Positions 1 to 13,430 of a DNA stretch of 64,000 bases are shown here, one piece after another; within the stretch, counting starts at the first letter, position 1, and each line of letters starts with the position of its first letter. The position numbers were made by a program, and so were the translations under genes. The notes below the pieces were generated by a model that saw nothing but the letters and a program-made list of their open reading frames with translations, searched no databases and was not told the DNA's origin. Source of the stretch: Eledone cirrhosa (lineage: Eukaryota); the NCBI GenBank assembly GCA_964016885.1, contig OZ024742.1:291462001-291526000 (forward strand). The letters are read 5' to 3'.

Positions 1-122
1 CACACACAAATACATACAATGATCTCTAGTGGAAACTCAATCCCAGAATCCATTGTAAATTGTCTGATTTAGATTGGTTTATTGTTTAGTTGGCTTACAT
101 TACCATAGCTCACACAGGTAGA

Positions 123-131
123 TCTATTATG

Positions 132-162
<31 letters not shown>

Positions 163-2061
163 TAGTTGTTATATAGTAAGGTGCATTATTGGTTGTGTAA
201 AATGGTCCAATAACTTTATGTTAGCAATATTAAGTTCTCCAGCTTTTGTATATCTCCAATTCCATTCAAGGGAACAGCTAGATGATGTAAAACGGAGTAT
301 AAGTATCAAAATGAAAATCCGAAGGCAAGGTAAAATTCCAATCATTTAATCACAACACATGTTTCAATAAGAGATAGATCGATTGTGAAGCCATGATCGA
401 TTATCACTGATCTCATCAGGTGAAAATGAATTGTCTTCAAATTCTTGATATGAGGGAGAAAAAAAAACCGATGTTCTCTCACAGAATTCATTCCCTCATA
501 TGGAGACACACCAGTCAGAAACACAGCGACTGCTATTAACTTCAGTTGAGGTCATAAAACTTTTCAGATTTCTATCGCTGCAAAAGACGCTGGACATCAA
601 TCAAATCTGTAGGGATACAGTCAGTCACAGTTAAAAGTGAGTGGGTACACACACACTCCACACCCACATACATCGGCTCGAGGTCAAAGAAAAATATATA
701 CATATATATACACACATCAACACAGTATTAAACCCATAGAGTTAGTGTGGGTGGGTACACACACTCTCTTTCACACACCGAAGCGATGTCCGAGAAAAAA
801 ACAAATATAATAAAACAAATATAAGAATGTACCAACACAGCACTCACCGAAAATTAGTTCACAAAGCAACAGAAGCTATGTTGGTCAAATCTCAATTTGA
901 CGATGTAAACTCGAAATATTGGGTTAACCAATAACTGAAAATTAAGCAACACATCATTTTATACAACAACAAACATAGTCATAACGCTCTCTCCATCGCT
1001 CTTCCCTCTCTTCATGCTTTGAGGTTTAACACACCTCCCTATAGTTTCTTAGCTTTACTCTCTCCGTCGCTCTTCCCTCTCTCTATAATAGATCATTCCC
1101 CCTCTCTATAATTTAACTGCCTTACTCTCTCTGTCGCTCTTCACTCTCTATATGACAACACTGTTTTACACACCTCCTTATAGTTTCTTAGCTTTACTCT
1201 CTGTCGCTCTTCCTTCTCTCTAAAATAGATTATTCCCCCTCTCTATAATTTAACTGCTGGGGGAGTCATTGGAGTTCCGTATTGACATACAGCTTTTCTG
1301 GGCCATTTTAAATCGGGTTATTGCAAATAACAACCCGCAAAATAACACTTCATATAACAGATTAATGCTATAGACATATGAATCGGAATGTTTAAATTAT
1401 TTTTTTTTATGACTTTAATTGGTTAAATATTAATATGACAACACTCATAGTGTTGTACTTCTGGTAATTCTGCCGAATACACTGCCAAGGATGAACATTT
1501 TCCCTCAGCGTCAGATATCCCGTTCGATTTCCGGCGATCCCAATTCCCGGTGAGACCATGTTTTGCCATGTCCATTAACAAGTCACAAGGGCAAACATTG
1601 CCGGTGGCAGGCATCCATTTGGGGGAGCCATGCTTCTCCCATGGCCAACTTTATGTTGCCTGTTCCCGTGTAGGGAGCAGGAATGGACTTTTTGCTTACA
1701 CTCCCCAAGCGATGAAACGCAATATCATCTACAAAGAGGTGCTATAGATGTTGGTGCAGGTGTTGGAGCTATGCCATCTGGAAAACTATTTCCTGGTAGG
1801 GTCACCCATGGCGGACAGATCTGACACCCAGCGGCATCAGGGCCACCATCTTGCAACTTTGGTCTGCTAAATTCGCTATTGGAAAATTATTAACCCATCA
1901 TTGATTGTCCAAAATGCTAATTGGTTCGTAACTTTTAATAACCGGTTCAACTGCTTTATGCACTTAATTGATAAGCTTATCCGTTTTCAAGCCACGTTTA
2001 CCTGTATGTATCTTTTCATAGCAAATGAACAAACCCGAGCAACGCTGGGCTAAACTGCTAG
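123..2061 (+). mobile_element. Non-autonomous (internally deleted) Helitron
   Basis: The 3' terminus has the subterminal hairpin CCCGAGCAACGCTGGG (2034-2049), then CTAG (2058-2061) and a flanking T. A helicase C-terminal remnant lies at 1484-1747. The 5' end (A|TCTATTAT at 123) is tentative. Internal degenerate CT-rich repeats at ~985-1256. Confidence 0.7.
1484..1747 (+). pseudogene. Helitron RepHel PIF1-like helicase C-terminal fragment
   Basis: Translation SDIPFDFRRSQFPVRPCFAMSINKSQGQTL...CFSHGQLYVACSRV...NIIYKEVL* contains PIF1 helicase motifs V/VI and the typical Helitron C-terminus. The upstream part is missing. Confidence 0.9.
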
Positions 2062-2140
2062 TATATATATATATATTACATATACATACATCATCATCAT
2101 CATCATATGCCCGCTTTTCCCTGCTTGCACATTATATATA

Positions 2141-3060
2141 TGAGGTCTGTTGAAAAACTATCTGACTTTTTCCCTCCGTGTGTGAAGTAATGACATTAGG
2201 GAGACAATCGTGTGCAGAGTGGAGCTGCATGCATTTATGCGCATGCATGATTTTGGGCAAGTTTGCTGGATGCATCAGTCACTATCATGCAGGCAGTGTA
2301 TGAGGTGCTGTACTATTTACTCATCATATTTTCATTTTGCCTGATACTGCCAATAAGGATCTTGATTTCCTGAATACTGTGATGAGTGGAAATAGGATGT
2401 GGGTCTAAAGGTAAAACCCAGAAACCAAAGCTCAGTCATCACAGTGGAAATATCCAATGTTGCCAAGGTTCAAAAAGCCTGTCAGGTCATGTGAGAAGGA
2501 AAGATCAAGGTCATTCTGACTGCTTTCTTTGACTACTGAAGCATTGTGCATCAAAAATATGCTACAGAAGAGACAACAGTTACAAAGGAGTACTATTAGG
2601 AAGTTCACCAATGTCTCCATGATGCAGTTCAGTGCAAGGGACAGATTTGTGAGCTCTACATAACCGGCATTTTCATCATGACAATACCCTGGTTCATTAA
2701 TCACAGCTGATTCAAGGTTTCTTGGCAAAGGTGGCCATTCTGCTCATTCACCAAGCGTCAGACATAGTCCCTTCTGACTTCCAGTTATTTGCCAAAATGA
2801 AGATATCACTGAAAGGCTCTCATATTGTGAGCTGAAACAACATCATGTGGACTGCGATAGCAGAACCAAGAGCCATTTTGGAAGAACCATTTCAGATGCA
2901 CTTTGAACAGTGGAAGGATCACTGAACTACATGTGTAGAGGTACACACTGAACTACATGTGTAGAGGAGCCTACTTTAAAGAGGGTTAGCAATTGAACCC
3001 ACCAAGTACATACATTTTTTCCACCAACCTAAGGTTAGATACTTTTTCTAGATTGCACAT
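2141..3060 (+). mobile_element. Degenerate mariner (Tc1/mariner) transposon
   Basis: Broken frames give NPETKAQSSQWKYP, FHHDNTLVH and DIVPSDFQLFAKMK (WVPHEL-downstream/HDNA/YSPDLAP-region homologues). An imperfect TIR pair, GAAAAACTATCTGAC (left) and GTTAGATACTTTTTC (right), follows a TA run. Confidence 0.8.
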
Positions 3061-3811
3061 ACCATCATTCACTGCTTACTAGCAGTGAAATCAAAGTTAA
3101 ATGATGATGACAATGATGATGACAATGATAATGATGATCATCATCATTTTAGGTTGACCTTCTATGCTGACATGGGTTGAATGGGCTATCATTAATAAAA
3201 GGCATTGCTTATGATTTTCAAATATTAAAAAAAAAATAATCAAGAAGTTGAAGGAATTTAATAAAATAACTAAATTTCTAATTATTAAGCTGGTGTTTGG
3301 AACATATCTTAAAGGCTTACACAAAATTATGATGGAAGATGTTTAAATAAATATAAACATGTTACAAGACAAAGTTTTGCATCATAACTAAGGGCATTTG
3401 AAACTTCCTTTGAAAAGCCAGCATACATCACATATTGAAGTTGATTCACATTTTATTGCTGATATCAAGGTGTATAGCATACATGGTTTAGTGGTTAGGA
3501 TGTTGAGCTGCCAATTGCAAGGTTATGAGTTTGGTTCTTGGACAGGCCATGACTAAAGGGACACTTATGGCATATATAGATATAATTATGAATAGTATTA
3601 GAGGTGCTTATGATACTAAGATTTCAGTGTAAATATGGAAGTTTATGGCATCAGAAATATAGATATAATTTAATATCAGAGTTGGTATCAATAATACACT
3701 TCTGATATTAAGGTGTAGCATCATCATCATTATCATTTAATGACATACGTTGGAGTGGTTGTTATAGACCAAGTCAGTACTTAATCAGAGCAACAGTCTT
3801 CCCAGATGGAC

Positions 3812-3813
<2 letters not shown>

Positions 3814-3868
<55 letters not shown>
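3814..3868. repeat. (GT)n microsatellite
   Basis: Pure dinucleotide run. Confidence 0.95.
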
Positions 3869-3873
<5 letters not shown>

Positions 3874-4219
3874 ACATCTCACATTCCAGTTTTGGCATGG
3901 TTTCTATAACTGGAAGTCCTTTCAATCAGAAAACACTTTACAGGTTGTACTGGGTGCATTTTATTGTGGCAACAGTACTAGGAAGGTTGTTGTGTTCTTG
4001 TCTCCACCGAAGAGTCCTCTCAAACCTCTGTTTGGCTTAGTTTCTATGACTGAATGCTTCTACTAACCCCAATTATTTTGTCGCACCAATATAAAATATA
4101 ATTTAGTATCAGAGATGATATTAACATTTCAGTGTAAATATCAAGTTATAGTATAAAAAATATTGATATAACTGAGAATATTATCAGAGATGATATTAAA
4201 ATTTCACTGTCTACATTAA

Positions 4220-4425
4220 TCCTTTAATGTTCAAACCGGCCAGAATTCTCTACTTCTTTCTGTTGAAACTGTAACTGGTCACTCAAACTGATGTTAAGGT
4301 ATTGTTCTCAAAATAAATACTTTCAAAATCTCATAGATTCGATATTATGTGAGATAATTATGCGAGCTAAAGCCTTTAACATGAAAATATAATAATATAT
4401 ATAAAATAATGTGAATGCTAAAGGG
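4220..4425. mobile_element. piggyBac-type MITE (copy 1)
   Basis: TTAA on both sides (4216-4219, 4426-4429). Ends are TCCTTTA...GCTAAAGGG. Homologous to the copies at 36577 and 59690. Confidence 0.75.
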
Positions 4426-5282
4426 TTAAGGTATATGTCATCAAATTTGTTGTTAATAATATTTCTCTAGTAATGTCAATATATACAGGATCAGGTCATC
4501 ATCATCATTTTACACTTGTCTTCCCTGCTAGTAAAGGTTGCATGGGTCTTCACAGACTGAATCAGTAACGAAGTGGAGTTACTGACCTCTTAAATGGGCC
4601 AGGGGCTAACAGCTCACTTATATACTTTCCCGCATTCTACTGAGTGCATTTTATTGTGACACCAGCACTAGGGAGGTTGTCATATCTTTGACGCATCTGT
4701 ACCCACTCTGACTCTTTGTTTAGCAGGTTTCCTATGGATGATTGCCCTTCCTATTACCTATTAGGCAGTTTTAGACACCTAAGTTATGACCTGAAGAACA
4801 AATGGAAGTGGACTAAGGACTCGGCTCTGGAAGTCATCTAACTTCACGTCAAATTTATCACTGCAATAATAGCCAACTTTTATTTTGCTAGTTACACCTT
4901 TATGTATGGCCCTCACAAGACAGCTGATGACCCTCACAAGGCATTTGACATCACCTAGCTTCCAAAGTGCTCACCAGATTAATTGCTTTGCTGATAATGT
5001 TACTGTCAACTTGTCTATATAATTAAGAATGGTACTACACTTGCCGATAACATTCCATTGCTAGTGCGTTAACATCAGGTTTATAGATATAACAGAGTTA
5101 ATATTAACATTTTACCGTTCATATTAATGTATATAACATTTGGAGTATAGATAAAGAATCAGAGTTGAAATTAATATTTTAGTGTTGATATCAAGGCATA
5201 ATATAAAAAAATATAATTACAATTTCAGAATTGCTGATATTAACAATTCACTGTTGACATCAAGGTATACTATAATAATAAT

Positions 5283-5443
5283 AATTGTTTCTACTTTAGG
5301 CACAAGGCCAGCAATTACCCAGTGTATTACTGGTACTTTATTTTATCGACCCCGTAAGGCGGGATTTGAACTCATCGTAAAGGGACGTAACTATGCTGGA
5401 AAGCATGGCGTCCGACCCTCTACCGATACTGCCAATCTACCTG
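5283..5443 (-). mobile_element. tRNA-headed SINE with Meta-like middle domain (internally deleted copy)
   Basis: Matches the family seen at 15423, 17077, 56488 and 56695 (GGGTCGATAAAATAAAGTACCAG...GGCCTTGTGCC..AAGTAGAAACAATTATT tail). Confidence 0.75.
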
Positions 5444-6282
5444 TAATACTATAATAATAATAATAATAATAATAAGGGAAGAAAACGCACATGGTGGATA
5501 TATATTGTTATGGAATAGCTCCCGTAAGTCTTTGATTTTTACTTCTTTAAAACAACTGTGATAGAATAATTCTTATTACAAATGAACAATAAGATTACAG
5601 TTTTTACGTTCAGCAAGCCATAACGCATCACTTTACGGCATAGGGCCCCAATATTTAATATTTAATTTTGGATCAGAAATGTTATAGTCGAAAAAGAGGA
5701 AAATGGCAAAATGGCTAAATAGCTAAATAGCTAAATGGCTAAGTGGACGGACAGAAAAATAATTTCACCACTAACACCACGCTAAAAACTCTAGTCAAGT
5801 TACCTCAACTTCTATTTCAACTTCAACACCATCACTACAGTACTACGATCACATCACCACCACCACTGCCTCATTATCGCTACCGCCGCTATTCTCCCCC
5901 ACTACCTCCTGCTAAGTACTACGAGCACAGCACCACCACCACCACCACCACTGCCTCATTATCACTACCGCCGCTATTCTCTCCCACTACCTCCTGCTAA
6001 GACATGCATCGTAGTGTCCCCACTAAAAGAAGAAGGCATCAAAAGATATAAATAGACTGATTTGATGACCCGGTCAAAAAATCAAAAAACCAAAAATCAA
6101 AATCAAAGCAGCACAGCAACAACGAAAAACGTAAAGAAAAAAAAAATGAAAAGAAAAACAAACAGACAGACAGAGAAGGGAAGGGAAAAACTAAGTCAGA
6201 CATTCAAACATTACGTTACAATGAAACTTATGCTTATTCTTTTTTTTTTTTTTTTTTTGCCTATTTGTTTGTTTGTTTTTTT

Positions 6283-9200
6283 ATGATCGTCTACAGCGTG
6301 ATAGTGCCACACAAAAATCACCAGGGGAGTGATGAAATCACCGGTGGTTATGTAACCATACATTCACCAATCCTCGATAAGAGTGTTTAAATGTCGAACC
6401 TAAACAGTTTGAATAACGGTGAAGTGGAGACTAGAATGTTATGTGACAGACTCTCGCCCAGCAGGTGCTCCCTGGCTCAGCAGCAGGGACCTGGCTGTCA
6501 ACCAAATACTGCTGGTGTCGGAGGAAGAAGAAGAAGGAAAGGGACCAGAACCAACTGGACGAAAGAATTGAATAGAACTGTTATGCAATGTTACCTGAAG
6601 AGTAACCCCAAGGAGAAAGGCTATAGGAAACGGATGCATAACACCTGGAACGAGATTGGTCTATTTAAATTAGATGAACAAAAATTGGCTGGGCAGGCTC
6701 GGGTAATAAGAACTAATGGGTGGATAAGCGAGCTGGAACTGGAGGAACTGAGCAGAGAGATTAGGTTGGAAATGGAGAGTGGAGTATGCCAGGCAAACGA
6801 GCCAGTGGGAAATGAAGGTGAAGAGGTTGAGAGAACAGAGGAACCATCCGAAGCAGACAATGATCTGAATGCTGAAATAAATAATACCTGGAACAAAGAT
6901 ACGGCCATTGAGGAGATGAATGCTGACGGGCTAGGACAAGATTTGGTTGATATCCTAAACTTAGTGGTAGATGAATTGAACAATGATAGTGGGAAACCTA
7001 TGAACCTAAGATTTGTAGACAGGAAAAAGTTAAAAGAAACAACAGCTAAGGTAAACAAAGTCATCCCATACCTTGAGGTGAGGAGCCTTCACCAGTGCAA
7101 CAATATCCTCAGAGCAACAGCAAATGCGGTGAGGAAATTACTTGGTATAAAAGCAAGAGGAAACAACAAACAAGAAAGATCAGAGCCTTGTTGGAAGAAA
7201 CGACTGAATGGTCAAATCAGGGAAATGAGAAATGACATTGGAAAGCTTGAGTCCCTACTGAATGGACACTAAAAAACAGACACTAAAAATAGACTGGAAA
7301 TAAAGTACAAAACTAGGAGGAAAAAGCTAAATATTATCATAGAGGAACTGAAGCAACGCATTGTAGCAAAGAGTGCAAAAATTAGGCGATACGAGAGCAG
7401 AGTCAGTCAGTATAGACAGAACCGCATGTTTGACAACAACCAGAAGATGCTGTTTGGACAGCTTGAAGGGAAATAAAGAGGCAACGACTTGATCCCTGAG
7501 GCGGAACAAACTAAGACATTCTGGAGAGGAATATGGGAGCAGGATGTTAAACATAATGACCAGGCAGTGTGGATTGACATAGTACAAAAGGAGATTAGTG
7601 AACAGGCACACCAACAAACTGATTTGAGTATCACAGTTGAAACTCTTAAGGGGCAGGCCAAAAAACTAACCAACTGGAAATCACCAGGCCCAGATGGTGT
7701 GCAGGGGTATTGGATTAAAAATATAACATCCCTCCACCCGAAACTGACAACCATGTTCAATGACTGCTTGATGTCAGGTGAGGTACCAGAGTGGTTGACA
7801 AAAGGTACCACAGTTCTGGTAATGAAAGACCGAATCAAGGGTAATGATGTTACCAACTATAGACCTATCACATGTCTGTCCGTAATGTGGAAACTGTTGA
7901 CAAGCATTAAGTCTGAGGAAATCTACCATCACCTCCACACAAACAACTTGTTACCGGACGAACAGAAAGGATCCCGAAAGAAGTCCCGTGGTACAAAGGA
8001 CCAGTTACTTATTGATAAGATGGTAATGAGGAATTGCAAGAGGAGACACACTGGTCTTGCCATGGGATGGATAGACTACAAAAAGGCATTTGACATGGTG
8101 CCTCATTCTTGGATCACCAAAAGCCTAGAGATCTTCAAGGTAGCAGATAACATCAGACAGTTGTTGGGCAAAAGTATGAAGTCCTGGAAAACAGAGTTAA
8201 CATCAGCTGGAGAATCCTTGGGAGGCGTGAAGATCAAGAGAGGTATCTTCCAGGGAGATAGTCTGTCCCCTCTGTTGTTTGTCCTTGCCCTGACCATTAT
8301 ACTGCGAAAAGTGAGAGCAGGATACAAGTTGGGAAAGGGAGAGCGTACCATCAATCACCTCCTCTTCATGGACGATCTTAAGCTCTTCGGGAAGAGTGAG
8401 AAGGAGTCAGATGTGCTTGTTGACACTGTCCGTATTTTCAGCAATGATATATGTATGCAATTTGGTATTAGTAAGTGTGGAGTCCTTGTGATAAAGAGGG
8501 GTAAATTGAGCAGAAGCAACGGAATCCAGGTACCAACAGGTGAGATGATAAAGGAAATTGACACTGAAGAAGGATACAAGTATTTGGGTATTCTGGAGGC
8601 TGATGACATCAAGAACAAAAAAATGAAGGAATTGATAAGATCTGAATACATTCGGAGAGTAAGGAGCGTATTAAAGTCACATCTGAACAGTAGGAATGCC
8701 ATAAGTGCAGTAAATTCCCGAGCTGTGTCTATTATTAGTTACAGTGCGGGAATTCTGAGATGGAATGTTGCTGAACAAAAAGAAATGGATAGGAAGACTA
8801 GGAAGCTATTGACTATCTACAACATGTTCCACAAGAGGAGTGATGTCGATAGACTCTACTTAAGGAGATCTGAAGGTGGAAGAGGTCTTATCAGCATAGA
8901 GGACTGTGTTCAGATGGAGAAAAACAACCTACACAAATACGTGACTGATAGTAAGGAGCCAATGCTCAGAACTGTACTGAAGGAGAGGACAATAGACCAG
9001 GGGATGTCCAAGGAGGAAATAACAACAAGGAGAAAGAGCAGCCTTCATGAAAAATCCCTTCATAGTACCTTCTTTGAGAAAACTGAATTCAGAGATCCAC
9101 AGACATGGAACTGGTTGTGAAAAGAGGAGACCTTAAAAAGGCTACAGAAGGAATGTTAATGGCTGCGCAGGAGCAGGCCCTCAAAACGAAGTGGTTGAAA

Positions 9201-9867
9201 CACCATATTTACAAGGAGGAGGCTAGCCCACTGTGCAGGATCTGTGGAGAGAGAGGAGACTGTGGCTCACATTGTATCCGAGTGTAAACACCTAGCCCAG
9301 GCTCACTATAAGGGCTGGAGACATGATGTGATGGGCAGGGTGATCCACTGGCACCTGTACAAAGTAAACAATTTACCACATTCTGAGAAGTGGTATAAAC
9401 ATAAGCCAGAGTCGGTGATAGAAAACGATCAGGTGAAGGTGCTGTGGGATTTTAGGATACAGACGGACAAGAAACTGGAACACAATAGACCTGACCTGGT
9501 GGTTTTGGACAAAGAAAAAAGATTGTGCCTGATTGTGGATGTGGCCTGCCCATTCGACACGAGAGTGCAAGAGAAGGAGAGGGAGAAAATTAACCGATAC
9601 CAGGACTTAAAGTGGGAGGTAAAAAGGATTTGGAACTGCCATGAGGTCAAAGTGGTCCCGATTGTCATAGGCGCACTAGGTACTATCTCAAAGAGTTTCC
9701 AAGGATGGTTAAAGAATATTGGTCCCGCCCCGCTTTTTGGAACACTTCAAAAGGCATGCTTGCTGGGAACAGCAAGAACCCTCCGATACGTCCTGAATAT
9801 CTGAGGCTGCAGGTAGTGGCTTGATATTCATTTCAACAAACTTTCCAGTTAAATAACATCAATGACT

Positions 9868-9896
<29 letters not shown>
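6283..9896 (+). mobile_element. R4/Dong-clade non-LTR retrotransposon (RT + restriction-like endonuclease), near full length, disrupted
   Basis: ORF pieces at 6391-7272, 7489-9120, 9105-9287 and 9244-9804. RT motifs KSPGPDG, YRPI, DYKKAFD, GIFQGDSLSPLLF and FMDD. CCHC knuckle CRICGE..ETVAHIVSEC, RHD, and REL motifs RPDLV...DVACP...EKINRY. (TAA)n tail at 9869-9896. Several frameshifts and stops. Confidence 0.9.
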
Positions 9897-9898
<2 letters not shown>

Positions 9899-11507
9899 TT
9901 TCTTTCATCAAGAAAAACATCACAGACGGAACAGGACGGTACAATGTGGGTTTTGTGCGTGTAAATATTTTTATTATTTATATAAGAAAAGAAAAAAGAC
10001 ATAAAACATATATATATAAACAATAAAATGAAAATTGAAACAATGAAAAATTCCCCAATAGGGGGGAAACCTCCGAGAGTTACTCGTGGCGAAAACCACA
10101 AAAAAGACCACGGCCACCCTGACTACCAGGGCAAGCGCCCTCTCTCAATTTTTCCATCTCCCAAACTACAGACGTATATTCAGAGTGGTCCCGTTCACTC
10201 GGACCATTCTCGCTACATTCACCCACCTTTCAACAAACTTGCTAGAAAGCAGCACTTGCCTCTCCACCCTGATTTTCCTCTTCAAGTGAAACTTGAAAAA
10301 GTTAATCAGGGATTCGCCGAAGAGGAAAGTGTTTGTCTTTAATCCTTTTAACCTTGTCCACCACACAATCTCTTTCGCCATGGCCACCAGGCAGATGAAA
10401 ACCGCCTGCCCTTCCTCCTCAAAGGAAGACGGCGAGACCATCTGCACAATGGACTCAGTCGACAACCGGATCAGTCCCACACGTGACAGCAACTGTTCGA
10501 CATAGCTCCACAAGTCAGCAATGCTCGGGCACTGAACGAGTGCATGCACAACGGTTTCGTCGCTATGCGCGCATCTCGGACAGGCTCGGCTGACGGCACT
10601 TCCGTGCCTGTAGAGCCTATCTCGAACCGGCAGCGCTCCCCGGTAGCACTGCCAGGCCAGTGATTTTTGGAAGTTATCCATAGGCCCCGGGCTGAAAGTT
10701 CTCCGGAAGAGAGCAAGCAGCTGATCTTCTTCGATGCCCAGGATCTCTCTGAGAACGTCGTCGCTCTTCCCCTCCACTAGTCCTCTATAGAACACCGAGG
10801 TGGATGTTCCACCGATACTGGTGCCCAACTGGGAGAGGGCAGTGAGCGCCTGGAGACATTCCAGTTTCCAAGCGCTATCCCTCGGTCTTTTTCTGACCCA
10901 GGACTGCAGCTCCGTCAAGGAGACGAGCTGTGGGAAAATGTGCCTGGCGAACGGCGACCATACCCGTTCACCATCAAGGAAGCACCAGAGATGTCGCAGC
11001 CTCAGCGCATGTTTGCGCATCATCAGCCATGGCATGCCCAGTCCTCCACGCAACGGGTGTTGACAGCAGATGGATCGTCTGACCATGGGAGCGCGTCCCT
11101 TCCACAAAAAACGGAAGAGGAGGCGCTCCATTTTGGTGAGAGTTGGGCTGAAGCAAGGGACGACGGTGAGGTGGTAGCAGATGACGGATGTGATGTACGC
11201 ATTCGCCACTTCCGCCCGGCCTTTCAGGGACAGCTTCCTCTCAGCCCATTTCTGGGTGAAGGAGGCCACCCTGCTCGTCACCTCGTTCCAGTTTTTCTCC
11301 ATCTGGAGGTGCGGTCTGAACCAGACCACGAGCAATTTAACCGGTCCGTCCGTCCAACACCCCACGACGCTGTCGGACGGCATGGACTTGACTCTCCAGG
11401 TGCCTAGCTGCAAGCCCACCGACTTTTCCTGGTTTATCTTTGCTCCTGTCACCGTTTCGTATTCCTTGAGAGCGGTGCCGAGCATCTGGATGTGTCTGGT
11501 GCTCCAC
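9897..11507 (-). mobile_element. Tx1/L1-clade LINE, 3' part of ORF2 plus 3' UTR
   Basis: The frame 11507-10166 encodes GAKINQEKS, LSLKGRAEV, GGLGMP and zf-RVT CPRC...ETVVHALVQC. It is cut just after the RT catalytic region by an RTE 5' end. Confidence 0.85.
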
Positions 11508-13430
11508 ACCATGCTGTAAAATGGAGGGGTAGAGAGGGCCCATGAGTCCAGTAAGACATCGTCTCTAGTGCTGGTGGCACGAATAAAAGCACCCAGTCCA
11601 TGCTGTAAAGTGGCACTGGTGTTAGGAAGGGCATCCAACCAGTGTACCAATGCCAAAACAATTATGAGCACAGCAACAATATATAGAAACAACAAAAATA
11701 TGAAGACGTTGCACCTCAGAGTTGCAACACTTAATGTTGGCACTCTAAGAGGTAGATCTGCTGAAATAGCGGAGATGCTGGAGAGAAGGCATGTGGGTGT
11801 GTGCAGCGTGCAAGACGTGAGATGGAAAGGTGCCTCTGCGAGACTAGTCGCAGGCAAACGTCTTAGCTCTAAGCTTTTCTGGGTAGGTAAGGATGATGGG
11901 TTAGGGGGAGTAGGCATTTTCCTGGCTGAGAGATGGATCAAAAAGACAATAGAAGCAGTTCGAGTTAATAATCGAATAATTAAGCTTAGATTAGTTGTAG
12001 GCAGGAGACTACTGACAATCATCTCTGCCTATGCTCCCCAAGCAGGCCAAGGCAAAGAAGAGAAAGACTGCTTTTACGAGCAACTTTTACAAACAACCGC
12101 AATGACAGAGGACAGAGACATCGTTCTGCTAGCAGGAGACTTCAATGGTCATGTTGGACAGCTCCAGGATGGTTACACTGGGGTACATGGTGGGCACGGT
12201 TACAGCTCAAGAAATGAAGAAGGAGTGAGACTTCTTGAATTTTGTGATGCAAGTATACTGACTATTTGCAACACTAACTTCCAGAAACCTGCCAACCACC
12301 TAATAACCTACAAATCAGGCAAGCACATAAGCCAGATTGACTTCTTACTAGTTAGGCAGCGGGACAGGCAGATGGTGTCAAATACCAAGGCATACCCTGG
12401 GGAAGAATGTACCCCACAGCATAAGTTAGTCGTTAGTGATATATCAGTAAGCAAGAGATGGAATGAGACATACAGGAAAGTGTGGAGAAGAAAGGTCTGG
12501 AAGCTAAAAAATCTTTCACTAAAATACAAATTTAGGAAAGTCCTTCAAGATGTGTATGACGAAAAAGAAGACGATTTAGAGTCGTATGACATAGATAACA
12601 ACTGGAATTTCTTACGTGACAACTTACTGCAGGCTACTGATGAAACTTGTGGCTGGAGCAGAGCTCCAACCAGACAGAGAGTGACCTGGTGGTAGAACAG
12701 CACAGTAGATAAGGCCATTAGAGACAAAAGACTAGCATGGAAGGCTTGAAAAAAAGGTGGGAGTAGGGAAGAATATACAGCCGCTAAGAAAGAAGCTAGA
12801 CGTCAGGTGTACTTAGCACGCAGTTAGGCGGAGAGTAGGAGGTTTGCCAATGTTCTGCGACGGGAAGATCAGAGGCGTGCGGTGTTCCACATTGCAAGGC
12901 AGTGTGTCAATGCAATTCAGGATGTTGTTGAAGATAAATGTGTCCGGAATGATGCTGTTGTACTTAGTATCACGAATGATCAGAAAAAGGAGGCCCGGAA
13001 ATGTCATTATGAGAGACTGATGAATGTGGAGAACGAATGGGAGAGAGTGAAATTACCCTCAGTAGATCTGACAGAGGGACCAGCTATTGAGATTGACGAA
13101 TATAGGGTCCAAGAGGTGATTAAGGAAATGAAAAATGGTAAGGCTGCTGGACCATCGGGGATAGTTGCTGAGATGCTAAAGGCATCAGGGGACGGAGGCA
13201 CTAAACTGGTTGCACGCATCATCAATCAGACTATATATGGTGGTGTCATACCCAAAGACTGGTGCAGCAGTATTCTCATAAATTGCTACAAAGGTAAAGG
13301 GGATGCTCTGGAGAGGAGCAATTATAGGGGTATAAAACTGATGGATCAGGTTATGAAAGTGGCAGAAAGGATATTAGCACAACTAATTAGAGAAAGGTGT
13401 CAAACTAGATGAGATGCAGTTTGGTTTTGT
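11508..13430 (+). mobile_element. RTE-clade LINE family A, 5' half (3'-truncated)
   Basis: APE endonuclease motifs (TLNVGTL, SAYAPQ, GDFNGHVG, SQIDF, HKLVV) and RT N-terminus (KAAGPSG, NYRGIKL). Near-identical to 18984-20900 and starts at the same ACCATGCTGTAAAATGG 5' end. In-frame stops. Confidence 0.9.

Noticed and set aside
4762-5018. MITE bounded by TAGGCAG...TTGTCTA
   Set aside because: The terminal match is too short and no second copy is present in the window.
6391-9804. Programmed frameshifting or readthrough giving an active Dong protein
   Set aside because: At least four separate disruptions (near 7270, 7475, 9120 and 9250) are better explained by decay or sequencing error.
10166-12022. 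618-aa ORF as a novel membrane-anchored RT fusion gene
   Set aside because: The first ~170 aa are the antisense strand of the RTE 5' end (11508-12022), fortuitously in frame with a truncated Tx1 ORF2.
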